Shown: positions 29,982 through 43,894 of the stretch, one piece after another
How the letters are laid out: every line of letters begins with the position of its first letter
How positions within the stretch are numbered: position 1 is the first letter of the stretch
Translations under genes and position numbers: made by a program
The notes under the pieces: generated by a model
Told to the model about the DNA's origin: nothing
The model's database searches: none
The model's input: the letters and a program-made list of their open reading frames with translations, nothing else
NCBI RefSeq assembly: GCF_009914755.1
Contig: NC_060934.1
From: the human T2T-CHM13v2.0 reference genome, Homo sapiens
DNA: 64,000 nucleotides
Direction: 5' to 3' (one strand)

Positions 29982-32900
29982 ACACTCCCAAACTGAAGTT
30001 TTAAAATAGAAACAGAACTCTCTTTACCCGTTTAGTGTAAAGAAGGCCTCTTTGGGCATGTTTGTCATCATTTCTTAACTTTGCACTGCTAGATGCCTCT
30101 TCTGAGCTCATTCCAGGATCACTGATAAAAAACAGCACTAACCACCCACTGATGAGTAGGTGGGAACCCTGCCCTGGGAAGGAGGGAGGCCAAGAAAGCC
30201 CAGTAGGGCTCATCTCTAATCCTGTGTTGTTGTTGTTGGGATCATCCTTGGCCATTTCCCTGGACAATTGTGAAGGTTTTCGCTTTGCAGGAAATATGAA
30301 AAATCCACCACAGTTTGATGATAGCCCTGAATTAAATGTTACTAGCTGTTATATGCAGTTCATTTAGAGCGTTTCTAAGAGCTAACCTAGACATGGCAAA
30401 AGCAATGGATTCTAAGACGGGACTCAGTTGTTTAGTCTGACTTTCAAACCAATCAGCTATGTATTCTTGGGAGGATAAATTCAACATCCTAGACTTCTAT
30501 CTCCCTCATTTAAAAATTAAGGTAACTGGAATAGATTTGTGCTTCAAACTTTCTTGACATACCCTAAAAAATACATTTACGTTAGCCACCCATGCGCGGA
30601 GATACTACAAACAGTTCTCATGAAGCGGCACCTTACTTTGTATGATAAACTCTGATACTTTCTCTCCTATTCCTTTCTATCCTACTCCATACTTTTAACA
30701 ATCACAAGTAGCAACCGAATAAATTAATTTCATGACTCACGAATGAGTCATGAATTGCAGTTTGAAAAGCACTGGACTAGATGTTACATAGGTTTTCCTC
30801 TAATATTAAAGTTGAAAATGAATCCGGTACATTTATCTGTCCCTGTTTATACTTTTAAAGTTCCCTCTTAGCAGGATTATATATTAATGTATATGCAATA
30901 CATGTTAATAGAATATAAAATTTTACTTTAAATTGATAACATTAGTCAATTATAGTCTCTCAGGATTCAAATATTTTGTAGTTTGAATGAGCAAAATCTA
31001 ATACGTTAAATTAAAGCTTAGTCTTGTAGTTTCTAAGAACTTCGTAAGAGTTTTAACCTGTTAAACCTGTACTTGTTAGTTCTTTTCTTTCTGTTTTCCC
31101 AGGCACATCTGGATAAAGGCAGAAACAAAGTAACAAGGGAGGAAGTCCCAGTAATCACAAGAAACCAATCTTTTTTCTCCCAAACACATATTTTGGGGCT
31201 GACATCATAGCCACATGGCACAAACTACAGATGGAAAAGTATCTGAACTCAAATCCGGAAACTTAACCTTTATCAGATGAAGACAAGAAAGACTTCAGCA
31301 GGCAAACTCACACCTGTTGGGCTGAGGAGCTAGAAATCAACAACCAAATACCAACATTACTGCTCTGGAAATAACTTCTGTTAGAACAATAAAGTAAGAT
31401 GAGGGCAAATGACTGAGCTTCCCTTGATGCTTTTCCCTGATGCTATTTTATTCTGCAGAAAATATCCAACATACGATGACACCTGAAAAGAATGAGTCCT
31501 AGCATCTCTGTGTTTCCACACCAGCAGCTCACTCTGACTCTGGCTGCCTTCTAGGTCTAGCCACTGCCTTAAAGTACTAGCCCACCACCTGGTGTCACCA
31601 GCCCAACACCAGCTCAGTCTCCTGACACCAGCCCTTCCCTAAAAAATGCTGCAGGACCCCCCCTCAGCAATGCATGAGAGCCGATCTCTCAGGTCTTGAT
31701 CTATGGGAAACTGTGACAGGCTCCAGAATTATAAACAGAAGGTGTGTTGTGTCTTCCTGGATCTCGTCATCTGATTGCTATTTAGAATGGCTTGACTGTG
31801 TTAGTCAGACCTATGAGTTCATCCAACAACAAGCGGGCACAGTGACCAGCCGGGCTCAGCCCAGGGACAGAAAGCAAACACTCCCTCGTCTGTGATTTCA
31901 GCCTTATGCAGACCAAATAGAGGCCAAAGTAATGATTATCACACAGGGAAGCCAGCTGGAGAATCTTTTGAGTTTCTATGAAAACATCGTCTCCCCTTCA
32001 CTTTTATTGCTTGCTTTTTCTTCTCTCTTTCTTTATAGTTTCCTTTCCTGTCCAGTTTGCTTCTATCTCTTTTCCTGACTCATTTTTATTTTACGTGTAT
32101 CTTATCTTTCTGAAAACTTTTAGAATTAAAATCTAATAACCTCCCTGCCCAATTATTTTAACTGCTCTGGGTTCTTTCTGCACAAAATATTGTCTTACAA
32201 GCTAGGATGGTAATAGAATTGTTTTACAAAGGTATGTCTTACTTTGCATATCATTACAAAGATTTCCACATTTTCAGGAGGCCCTGCCTGTATTATATGT
32301 TATCTAAGATACAGCCAGTTTATTCATGCACCAAATTAAAATTATGTTCATAGATGATTAAAGCCAGAAGTCATCTCTCGAAGATTACCAAATCCAATTC
32401 CTTAATTTTACAGATGAGAAAACTGTGGCCTAGAGAGTTCAAGTGACTTGCTCCAAATCCTGATCTAATATTCAGTGTGCTTTGGGGCCAAACATACCAG
32501 ACAGATAAAACTACAACAGCATGAAAAATTGTGTGCACCCTATAATTTCTTAAGAAACCAATTTTGGTCACTGGATGTTAACCACCTGAATGAAGTCCAG
32601 TGAATACGTCAATCACACACCATAGCCTATTGTAACTGCCAGGGATTCCATTTCGCATGTGCTTGCACTTGAGCTGGATAATGAACTGCTCCTGCAGAGG
32701 TTCCTACCTGGGAGAAAAGTATTGATTGATTCTCTCACACTCAGGATTCTGGAGCAAATCTAAAGCCATGCTTTTGAACATAGAACTTGAACTGCTGCAG
32801 AGTTTTGCCTGAAATGAAGAGTAGTGGCCAGCCCCTCTGAAGGAGAAATAAATGGGAAATTGGGTAAGATTTTGAGTGGGAGATGTTTAAACTTTTATTT

Positions 32901-34030
32901 ATTTTAGGGAGTGGGGACTTTAAAAGATAAGCATCTGGGGTTCTCAGGATGCCAGAGTGTGTCACAGGGTGCATGTCCCAACATAGGAAAAGCTACCAGT
33001 TCTTTCTGGAGGGAGCTCAGTGAATTGTACCATGCTGCTGGGGTAATCCCAAAGCGGAGAAATGCTTGGAAGCATGGTCACCATATGCCTACTATGGGTC
33101 TATGCTGGATGTTATTTGGGTCCTTTAATACAATGATGCAAAAGGAAAGCTCAGAGTCTCTAAAAAACAACACATCCTAGGGAAACATGAGCCTAACGAA
33201 ATATGACTCCTTCATCAATCCCATGCACAGGCTCTTGGGGCTGGGAGCATCTCTGGTTCACATCTTACCTCAAAGACTGTGCCTGCAAAAGGGATTTGTT
33301 TCCTATACTTCATTTGCAAAGGGCATAGTAATAATGAGAAATTAAGTAATAGGAAAAATACAATGAAAGGAATAAATGCTGAAAAGTTTAACTTCATTAG
33401 GTCAAATTGAGAAATGCATATTTTGCCAAGAAATCTTCCATTCCTTTCCCTGGAATTTCATGCGGTAGTCTCTAATTTTTATACATTGTTATTCTGTTTC
33501 TAATTTCTTAACATAAGTATTCAGTCTCTTTGGTAACTTTTCATTCTGATAGAATTTTAAAAGATGCAAGAATGAGCTCCTGAATTCTTTTTACCCAGAT
33601 TTATTATGTATTTGTATTCTGCTCCCATTACTTTATCATTTCTCTCTCTCTCTCCCCCCCCCACACACACACATGCACAGACACACAAATATTCACACTT
33701 ATTATCTCAGCCAATTCAGAGTACTTTGGAGACATTATATTTCTTTACCGTCTGAAAACTTCAGTGTATTGTTCCTAAGGGAAGAAAAAACGTTCTTTTA
33801 ACAAAACCACAGTACAATTACCAACATTAGAAGATTTAATATTGACACAATATTCTTATCTAGTCACTACTTTTAATAAGGAAGGTATTTAAGTCACTAC
33901 CCTTTATTCTAAATATAGCTCTCATTGTGTGCCACAGGTTTGCGGATGATGTATTCTCATTGTGTTTTAGCTATTAGCACTGTTTTGCAATGGAGTCAAT
34001 AAAACCGAGTATGCAATGCTGTTTTGTTAC

Positions 34031-34161
34031 CTGTTGCTGCACTGATTGCTTCATAGTTTATTAAGAAGCCTTCATAAGCGAGGTCGGAGTCAGTCACAAA
34101 CACCAGCATCAATGAGTTACCACTGCTTGTGAGAGATGGCGGGATCGACTTTCCACAGTAT
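34031..34161 (-). CDS. CUBN: Cubilin exon 22 (131 nt), CUB5 second part: [32 protein letters not shown]...AAT
   Basis: Acceptor gaatag|A, donor ACAG|gtaaca. Confidence 0.95.
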
Positions 34162-35339
34162 CTATTCCAAACCAAGAAAGGACAGATGTGTGTATTTTAG
34201 TTTGGTATACTGAAAATGATGTAACAAAAATTTGGACATGTAAATATAATAATAGGTTTTGTTCTCTACCTCTCATCAACCTTAAAACACAAATATATTT
34301 CAGGCAAAAAAGATTTGCAAACTTACGAAAGATTGTCCCGTTCATGATTATATCCCTGAAATGGTTTTAGGTATGTGACTGGCTATGTGAGTTGTCATGT
34401 ATGAGAAGTTTAATAAAAGCTACACTAGATTGCCATATAGCATATTAATACACTTTTTAATAGAAATGTAATAAACTTATACAACAAAGGGAAACAATAT
34501 ATCATAAAATCATAGAGTCATCTCTCTAATCTAAACTCATAGATCACTCAATCCCTGTGCCTTGCCTTCCTCATCCCTAAAATGGGAATGATGACAGTAC
34601 CTACTTCATAGAGTTGTTTTGAGAATGTGATGAGTTAATACCCTGTATATAAAGCACTTAGAACAGTGCCTACAATCGTAACCCCTATAGAGGGAATCTA
34701 TTGTCCTTAAACAGCTCACTTATAAAGAGATAAGAGTGATGATTCAGCCATGCCATGTTTCTGCTGAACAAAAGCAGTTTAGCTCAGAAAAACTATTCTA
34801 TTAATGTTAAAAAGAGAGTTGTGATAAAAGACAGAATGCCATGAGCTTTTATCTGGAGAAATACCTGTAGGAAGAAGTGACAATAAAATAGGAATCTCAA
34901 ATCAAAGCACACTTGGTAAAATTAACCAAAAGAAATGATAAAGAAAACAAATATAGAAACCAAAAAGAGAGGAAATGTTGAGTACGGGAAATGGATACGT
35001 CAATTGCTAAAGGAGAAAAAGAAAGAAAATTTGGTGTATAATACCATTGCAGTGTGAAAAAAAATTTAATATCTTCATCAAAATAAAGGTAGGTGAACTA
35101 ATTGATATTTTAAATGCCTTCGTATATGCCCATGTATATGAAATTTGGGGAAGATCATTATAGTTTATGCCATTCAGCAAACGTTCTGTATTTTGCAGTG
35201 GTGATGTGTTAAGTACCTTCCCAAAAAAGAAAAAGAAGAAAGTTAAAAAGATGAAAGATTAGGATAAGAAGGATATTTAAAACATGAATGAGAAATAAAG
35301 AAAATAAAATGCAAGATAAAGACATTTTAAAATATCAAA

Positions 35340-36415
35340 AGATTTCCATTTCCAACAGAAATGTAATAACAGGCTAGATTTAACTTTGCACCTGAAACAA
35401 CAAAAATCCTGGACAAAAACGTATAAAACAATGGCTCTCAAAACACTGGATATCAAGCAATGTAGGACAACAAACCTTCAGAGACAGGAAACAAATGAGT
35501 TTAAAGGCAAAACTGAAATGGATCAACCTGTTTCCAAGTAGCTTAACTGCTTTCCAGAACAACGCTCATGAATACTTACAGGAATATGACAATGTCCAGC
35601 AGCCAAAAACATAAAATTGAAAATGTCTGGTATCCCACTGAATATTACCCAGACATGAAAAGACGTGGGAAAGTATAACTCAGAAAGAGAGGAAAAATCA
35701 ATCTATAAAACCATAGCAGGAAACAATCCAAATGTCTGAATTAGTAGATAAAGTCATTAAAATAGCTACAACTATATCTCACAGATTTTTTAAGCTAGAG
35801 AAAAAAAATTCATGTGTAAAGTAGAGACATGGACTACATATAAAATGACTCAAATTGAACTTCTAAAATGAAAACTACAATATCTAAGATGAAAAATACA
35901 CTTGGTAAAGTTAATAGCAGATTAGACATTGCATAAGAAAAGATGAGTGAACTTGAATATATAGTAATAGGAACTTTCCAAAGTAAAACACACAGAGAAC
36001 AGAGGCTTGAAATCAAACAGACTATCAAGAGAGTTGTAGAACAATTTCAAGTGCCTAATATACATGAAATCAGAGTCCCTAATGGGGAGGAAAGACAGAA
36101 AAATATTTTAAGAACCAGTGGCCAAGAATGTTTCAATTTGATAAAACTACAAATCTTCGGATCCAAGAAGCTCAACAAAAATTATGCTAATTGAGGAAAG
36201 TCAGAAAAACATTCAGTACGTATAGTATGATTCCATTTAGATGATATGCAAACAAATCTACAGAGATAGAAAGTAGATTTGTGGTTTCCTGTGGGTGGGG
36301 GTGAGGAACAAAAGCAAGGAATTATAACGGAAAGGAAGAAAGTTTTGTGGGTAGTGGATATATGCATTATTTTAATTTTGGTTTTGACTTCATGAATATA
36401 TACAGATGTCAAAAC
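35340..36415 (+). mobile_element. Old L1M fragments (5'/ORF1-like piece joined to a 3' UTR piece)
   Basis: aatagcagattagacattgca...; tatagtatgattccattta...tggtttcctgtggg. Confidence 0.65.
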
Positions 36416-36585
36416 TTAATGCCTACAGGCCACAACTACAGAGTAGTTATGTAGAAATGGTCATTAAGAAGCATGAGGATCTCACCTGGTTTTCATAACA
36501 CAACGTGGTCAATTTTAAGATCCTTCACTGAAGCAGGAAATCAGTGAAGTTTTATTGTTAAACAAACAAACAAACATAACCTTAC

Positions 36586-36802
36586 CTTCCAAGGGATGTC
36601 TCAGAGTCGGTGTCATAAACTTCCAAGTAGTCGTTTGTGCAATTGTAATGAAACTCCAGATGAAATGTTTCGAACATTAAATGAATCAGGTGATTAGGTT
36701 GGACTAATATATGCCAAGTACAGTTGATACCGTGGGGGTAGACATTTGGATGGCCAGGACTTTGAATGGTCCCTGTTGATTCTGTAAGAATTTCTCCACA
36801 TG
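36586..36802 (-). CDS. CUBN: Cubilin exon 21 (217 nt), CUB5 first part: [22 protein letters not shown]...SETSLG
   Basis: Acceptor caacag|CA, donor GGAAG|gtaagg. Confidence 0.95.
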
Positions 36803-37126
36803 CTGTTGAAATAAAAATTATAATTACTGCAGCAAGTAACCAAGCTACCTGGATTTCAAATTAAAAGGCTCTGATAATAACCTCTTCAAAGATTAAAAGG
36901 AAAAATGTTTCTTAGTTGCCACTTAAGATAACCTGATTTTTCTCTTATTAATAAGTAACAATTAACTTTTGATATAAATGTTGATTAGAAAATATATATT
37001 CTTTGTCTTTGAGTGTACTTTAAAATTTTTCACAGTACAGATGATTTTCATATAATTTATTTCTATCATTCACTTATTCTGATACAAGCCCAAGAGGAGG
37101 AAAAAAAAAAGGGAACAATCTCTTAC

Positions 37127-37292
37127 CCAAATCCTCAGCACTGAACTTAGCCATGAAACCATGGTTTTCAGTAGAAGAACTTTTCACGAATGTGACATAA
37201 AGAAAATTGTACACAGATGTTATAAATGAAGGTATGTCTGTACCGCAATACTTTTTATTTTCAGGAGAACCCAAAATGGAACTGCTACCAAT
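37127..37292 (-). CDS. CUBN: Cubilin exon 20 (166 nt), CUB4 second half: [19 protein letters not shown]...FSAEDL
   Basis: Overlaps ORF 37074..37274; acceptor ttttag|ATT, donor TTGG|gtaaga. Confidence 0.96.
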
Positions 37293-37384
37293 CTAAAATT
37301 AGAGAAGATATGTTCAAATATGTTGTATATCAATTTTGAAAACTGCTTCAAGAATAATTATTTCTGAAATGTTTTTAATGGAGT

Positions 37385-39830
37385 ACAAATCAATTTGAGA
37401 ATACAATCAATTTTAGCACATTTTAGTCACCCCCCAAAAAACACTCATATCCTTTAGCAGTCACTCCTCATTCCCCTGAAACCACAGCCCCAGGCAGCCA
37501 CTAATCTACTTTCTGTCTCTGTAGATTGCCCATTTTGGACATTTCAAACAAAATGGGATTATACAATATGGGGTCTTTTGTGATTAGCTTCTTTCACACT
37601 GTATAACATTTTCAAAGTTCATCCACGTTGTAGCATGGATCATTATTTCATTCTTTTTTAATGCCTTGTAATATTCCACTGTAAAGATATACCACATTTT
37701 ATTTATCCGTTTACCAGTTGATGGACACTTAAGTTGTTTCTACTTTTAAAATTAAAAATAAAGATTGCATTTTGCTATTTGTATATGTTATTATAGATGA
37801 TGACTGTAGATATATTCACATACAAATTTTTGTGTGGACATATATTTTCATTCCCCTTGAGAATATATCTAAAAGTAGAATTGCTGGATCAGATAGTATC
37901 TCTATGTTTAACTTTTTGAGGAACTGCCAACTGTTTTTCAAGGTGGCTGTACCATTTTACATCTCCACCAGGTTCCAATTTCTCCACATCCTTGTCCACA
38001 CCATTATCTGACTCTTTTTATTATAGCTATCCTATGGGTGTGTCCTTTTGTTTTTGGCATTTCTTTTTTTTGATACAGGGTCTCACTCTGTTACCCAGGC
38101 TAGGGTGCAATGGCACAATCATAGCTCACTGCAGCCTCTACCTCCCAGGCTCAAGTGATCCTCCTACCACAGCCTTCTGAGTAGCTGAGGCTACAGGCGT
38201 GTATTACCACACTCAGCTATTTTTAAAATTTTTTGTAGAGATGGGGTCTCACTATGTTGCCCAGGCTGGTCTCGAACTCCTGAGCTCAAGTAATTCATCC
38301 ACCTTGACCTCTTAAAGTGCTGGGATGAGGTGTGAGCCACTGTGCTCAGCCTCCTTTGCCCATTTTAAAAATCAAGTTATTCGTTTTTAATTTTGAGGAA
38401 GTTATTTTTCTTTTTTCTTTTTTTGTTTGTACTTTTTGTGTCATATTTAAGAAGGCTTTGCCTAAACTGAAGGGCATAGAGACTACTCCTAGGTTTCTCC
38501 TAAGAGTTTCATGGTTTTAGCTCTGACATTTAGGTCTATAATCCATTTTTAGTTAATTTTTGTGTATGCTATAAGGAAGGGGTCCAGCACCATAATTTTG
38601 CATGTGGCTATTGAGCACCATTTGTTGAAAAAATGATTTTTCTCCATTGATATGTTTTGGCATCATTTTCATATATCAATTGGCCATAAAAGTATGTGTT
38701 CACTTCTGGACTTGCAATTGTGTTCCATAGATCTATATTTATATCCTTACTTCAATAAGATACTGTCTTGATTATTGTAGCTTTGTTCTAAGTTTTGAAA
38801 TCAGGAAGTGTGAGTCCTTCAACTTTGTAATTTTTCAAGAACATTTTGGTTATTCTGGTTCCCTTGCATATTCATATGAATTTTACGATCAGCTTATGTA
38901 TTTTTTTAAAAGAGCCCGCTGTGATTTTTATGGGGATTGAATTGAATCTTTAGCTCACTTTAGGGAGTATTGCCATCTTAACAATATTGTCTTCTAATCC
39001 ATGAACATTAAATGTCTTTCCATTTATTTAGGTCTTTTTAAATTTCTTTCAAGGACGTTTTATAGTCTCAGAGGACAAGTTTTACACTTATTTTTAAAAC
39101 TGTATTCCTTCATGTTTATTATTTTTTAATGCTATTGTAAATGGAATTGTTTCCTTGATTTCATTTTCAAATTGTTCATTGCTGGTGTATAGAAAAAGAA
39201 AGATTTCTATATTTTGATCTCATAACCCACAACTTGCTGAATGGATTAGTTCTAATAGTTTTTTATGTGTGTGGATTCCTTATGATTTCCTATATACAAG
39301 GTCATGTTATCTGTGAATAGAGAGAATTTTACTCGTTCCCTTTCATTCTGGATGCATTTTATCTCTTCTCCTTACTTAATTGCTCTAGCTAGAATTTCCA
39401 GTGTAATGCTGAATAGAAGTAGTGAGAACAGACGTTCTTGTCTTTTTGTGACCATAGGGGCAAAGCATTTAGTGTTTCATAATTAAATATGATGTTAGAT
39501 GTGAGTTTTTAAATGAATGTCCATTATGAGATTAAGGAAGGTTCCTTCTACTCCTAGTTTGTTGAGTGTTTCATCATGAAAGGATGTTGAATTTTGTCAA
39601 ATCCAGCAAAATCCAGATCTCACATCTATTGAGGTGATCATGGAGTTTTTGTTCTTTATTTTATTGGTACCATGTATCACATTAACTGATTCTGGGGTTT
39701 TATATCAACCTAGAATTCTCGGGACAAATCTCACTTAATCATGGTATATAAATCCTCTTTTTGTGCTAGATTCACTGAACCAGTATTTTGCTGAGGATTT
39801 TTACATATGTATCCATAAGACATATTGGTC
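37385..39830 (-). mobile_element. L1M 3' portion filling most of intron 19, co-oriented with CUBN
   Basis: T-rich reverse L1 text (ctaatctactttctgtctct; gcaccatttgttgaaa; aaggatgttgaattttgtcaaat). Confidence 0.85.
38062..38351 (-). mobile_element. AluJ-type
   Basis: atagctcactgcagcctc...ctcaagtgatcctcc; ttttgtagagatggggtctcactatgttgcccagg. Confidence 0.9.
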
Positions 39831-39935
39831 TACATAAACTACTTTCATTTCCTATAACAGATTTGAAGACAACAACCCATAATATTTTTTATAATATACA
39901 ACCAAATACAAATTCAAAGATTTTTTCCCTCTTAC

Positions 39936-40114
39936 CTCAACATAATCTGTTTCACAGTGGGCAGAATTTCCAATTTCAAAGACAGTGAAGTTGAGGAGAA
40001 TGACTTGGCTTTGGGGCTGGTGGATGGTCCACCTACAGGTTCTTTCTCCAGGATACACGTTAGGAAAAAAAGGTGAGCGAATGACCCCTTCTCCAGTTAA
40101 TTCATCCCCGCAAG
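39936..40114 (-). CDS. CUBN: Cubilin exon 19 (179 nt), CUB4 first half: [22 protein letters not shown]...CETDYVE
   Basis: Inside ORF 39852..40124; acceptor ttacag|CT, donor GAG|gtaaga. Confidence 0.96.
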
Positions 40115-40336
40115 CTGTAAGCATAAAAATTATAGTAGTGCTTGTCCAGATATTAATAATTTTATCTCAATTTTATTGCAAAATCTAATACTGCCTGAGG
40201 AGATAACCGAATATAACATTTCTATGAGAATATTTTCCACTTAACACTTGAGGACATAAAATGACTAAATTATTTTGAAGAATTAAAATATTACAATCAG
40301 GCAAATTAGACATTTAAAAATTATATGTTTCCTTAC

Positions 40337-40481
40337 CGACTTGATAAACAGCTCTGAAACTAGCTTTTTCAACAGAAGCATCTATTTTAAACCTGATCCA
40401 GACACTATTAGTAATGGATTTAATGTGAGAGATGGTTCCGTTGCCACAGACTTTTCCAAGTAAGGTTTCACCATCTCGAAC
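40337..40481 (-). CDS. CUBN: Cubilin exon 18 (145 nt), CUB3 second half: [16 protein letters not shown]...SFRAVYQV
   Basis: Acceptor tttag|GTT, donor GTCG|gtaagg. Confidence 0.95.
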
Positions 40482-40599
40482 CTAAAGAGAAAAATAAAAT
40501 AGAGATGTAATTCAAATAAAGAAACTTACGTCGGCAATGGTGGCGTTACTTGGAGATGAAAAAATGGCAGATTCAAAATGAATGATAATCCAATTTGAG

Positions 40600-41940
40600 T
40601 TACATATTTCTATTATTTTCTAAAGCAGTAGGTCATTTTTAAGCACAATGCAATAACATGAAATGCTGATAAAATCCTAAGCCAATAAAGTCCAAAAGCA
40701 CAAGAATTTAAAGAATGTTCTCCTAATAATTTTCACAATGTCAAAGAGGAAATAAATTCACAATTTAGACTACTTGGAAAACAATAAAAAATGAGAATAT
40801 TACCTATGAAAAAATACACGTGTTAGCCAAATCTGCAATCAAAGAAAGTTATGGACTAAACTACTTTTGCCATTGAAAGAAAAAAGGAAAAAAAAGAAAA
40901 GTTGATGAAAGAGAGAGAAAGTAAAAGAATGTAAGGAGTCAACTTAAAAACTTAGAAAGAAGGCCAGGGACAGTGGCACACACCTATTATCTGAGCACCT
41001 TGGGAGGCCAAGGTGAGAGGAATTGGAGACAGCCTAGGCAACACAGTGAGACCCAGCTCTATGTACAATTTTTTTAAGTTAGAAAAAAATCCTTAAAATG
41101 AGGAAGAATACAGTAAAAAGAAGAGCAAAACTTAATAAATGAAATACAAAATCATGTGGTATTCATAAATACATTCAAGAACTGTTTTTTTGAGGAAGGT
41201 TATGGGTGGGGATATAAAAGACAAATCTCTGGCAAGTCTAAAAAGAAAATAAATATATAAGCACAAATATACAAAATTGAAAATGACAAAGACACAGATA
41301 CTAAGATTTTTTTAAACGTGAAATCTATGTACAACTCTATGAATGTTTTTAATGGGTTATTTTCAGAAAAAGTATAACATTAAAATTATCTGAAGGAGAA
41401 GAAAAATAAGATTTGAACAGACATAAGTCATAAATAAAATTGAAAACATTATCAAATAATTATTCCCATCCCACCCTCAACCCCCAAAAAGAAAAATCTC
41501 CCATAAGATGCTCTACTTAGTACATTCTTTAAAACTTTTAAGGAAGAGATAATTCCCATGTATAATTTATTCTAAGCCATCCTCAAACATAGAATAATTT
41601 CCAAATAATTTTTGTTAGAACGCTGTTACCAAATCCCAACATAGATTATAGAAATAAAAACTATAGACTGATGTCACCTATCAATATAGATACACAAATC
41701 CTAAACACAGTTCTAGAAAAATAAATTCACAGTCCATTGCCAGCTTATATACCAGATCAAATATGGGAATAATAATAGTGCAAGAAAGGTTAGAAATTAT
41801 AAACTATAAATTAACTTCCTCAGTACATCAGATAAGATAAGCCATATGATAACTCCATAAATTCAAAAAACATTGTTAGCATTCCTGTTTTATTAGAAAA
41901 AAAAGGAATTTCCTTCATATAATAGACTACTGATTTTAAA
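40600..41940 (+). mobile_element. Highly degraded L1M ORF2 remnant containing a FLAM-like Alu monomer (~40962-41060)
   Basis: A-rich; actatagactgatgtcacctatcaatatagatacacaaatcctaaa resembles the RT-upstream L1 motif. Confidence 0.6.
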
Positions 41941-41954
41941 TCAATAACCAGCTC

Positions 41955-42256
<302 letters not shown>

Positions 42257-42775
42257 AAATAGCCAGCTCTTATAGTATAGTGGCCATGAATACAGTCTAT
42301 GGACTTGGGTTCAAAACCTACCTCTGTCACTTACAAACCACCTCACTTAATAGCCTTGAGCAAGTTACTCTATCTAAGCTCATGGGATTGTTGAAGCAAA
42401 CAGATGAAACAATAGTGTGAATTCCTTAGCCAAATGTTTGGTAATGGAAAATGTTGACTAAGGATAGCTGTTGTTATTCTGGACATTTTTGGAGGTGAAA
42501 CACTGGAGGCTTGCTACTATGAGCAGGAATTATTCGATGGATATATATACCGCCGCTGTTCAGTACAATTATTCTGAAGGATACAGACATCCAAATATTA
42601 ATTCATTCACTTCATTAACATTATCAAGGCATGAATAAATGCCAGGAACTGTGCAGGTGACAATACCATGAAACAGTCACTGCTCACAAGGAACTTACAA
42701 TAGGCAGGAACATTTTTGAAAAGTATGATGACTGCGGTTTTTGGGGAAGCGCAGGATACTTCATTGTTACCTAAC

Positions 42776-43442
42776 CAATGGTTCTCAGCAGGGACCACAA
42801 TCTAGCATTTGGGAAATGTGTGAGAGTACCTTTTTGGTTTTGTGTTAATTATTATCACAGCAATCATGGGGCATTACTGGCATTTAGTAAGTAGCAAGGG
42901 ACCAAAGACACGAGGCAGCCTGAAATGTGAGCGTCACACACAACAAGAATTCTCCTGAACCTGTGTGACATTCACATAAGTGAAAGTTCTGTTATTGGGT
43001 ATAAAATCTCGCTCTATTTTACATATTAAGCGCAAAGTAGTTTTGTGCAATTTTAATGCATACTGAATTTTCCAGGATTACAAGTAGAGTGTAAATTGAA
43101 GATTCTTTCTCCTGGAAATCTGTCAAGAGTTAGTCACTATTTCTGAAAAATTAGTCACCAACCCACATAACTGTGTCAGCCTGCATTTGTACTGTCATAT
43201 TCATAGCAATTTGGGGTCCAGACAATCAACTGCTTTATTTTGTCTTCAAGTACAGCTTGCCTAGGTTTTCAGATACTGAAATAAATGTGATTTTATTCTG
43301 TTACTCTATTTTTTCTTAATGTTATTCTTACAACTTTACATATTTTTAAATATAATGTGTCTAGTGGGGTTAAATCAGTGTATTTCATTTCTGAATAATC
43401 AAGGAGTGATATTAAAAAGTCTTAAATTGTAGAGAACCACTG
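42776..43442. mobile_element. hAT-Charlie/MER20-like DNA transposon
   Basis: Inverted termini caatggttctc ... gagaaccactg; internal ttactggcatttagta. Confidence 0.6.
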
Positions 43443-43569
43443 GGTTAACCAAAGACTCTGAACTCACCCAGGGGATTATGGAAAACTCAGTGGAAATAAC
43501 ATTTAAGCGGAGACTTGAAAGCTGAGTAGGAGTTATCTAGGCCAAGGCAAACAGGTAGTAAAGAGAAGA

Positions 43570-43894
<325 letters not shown>

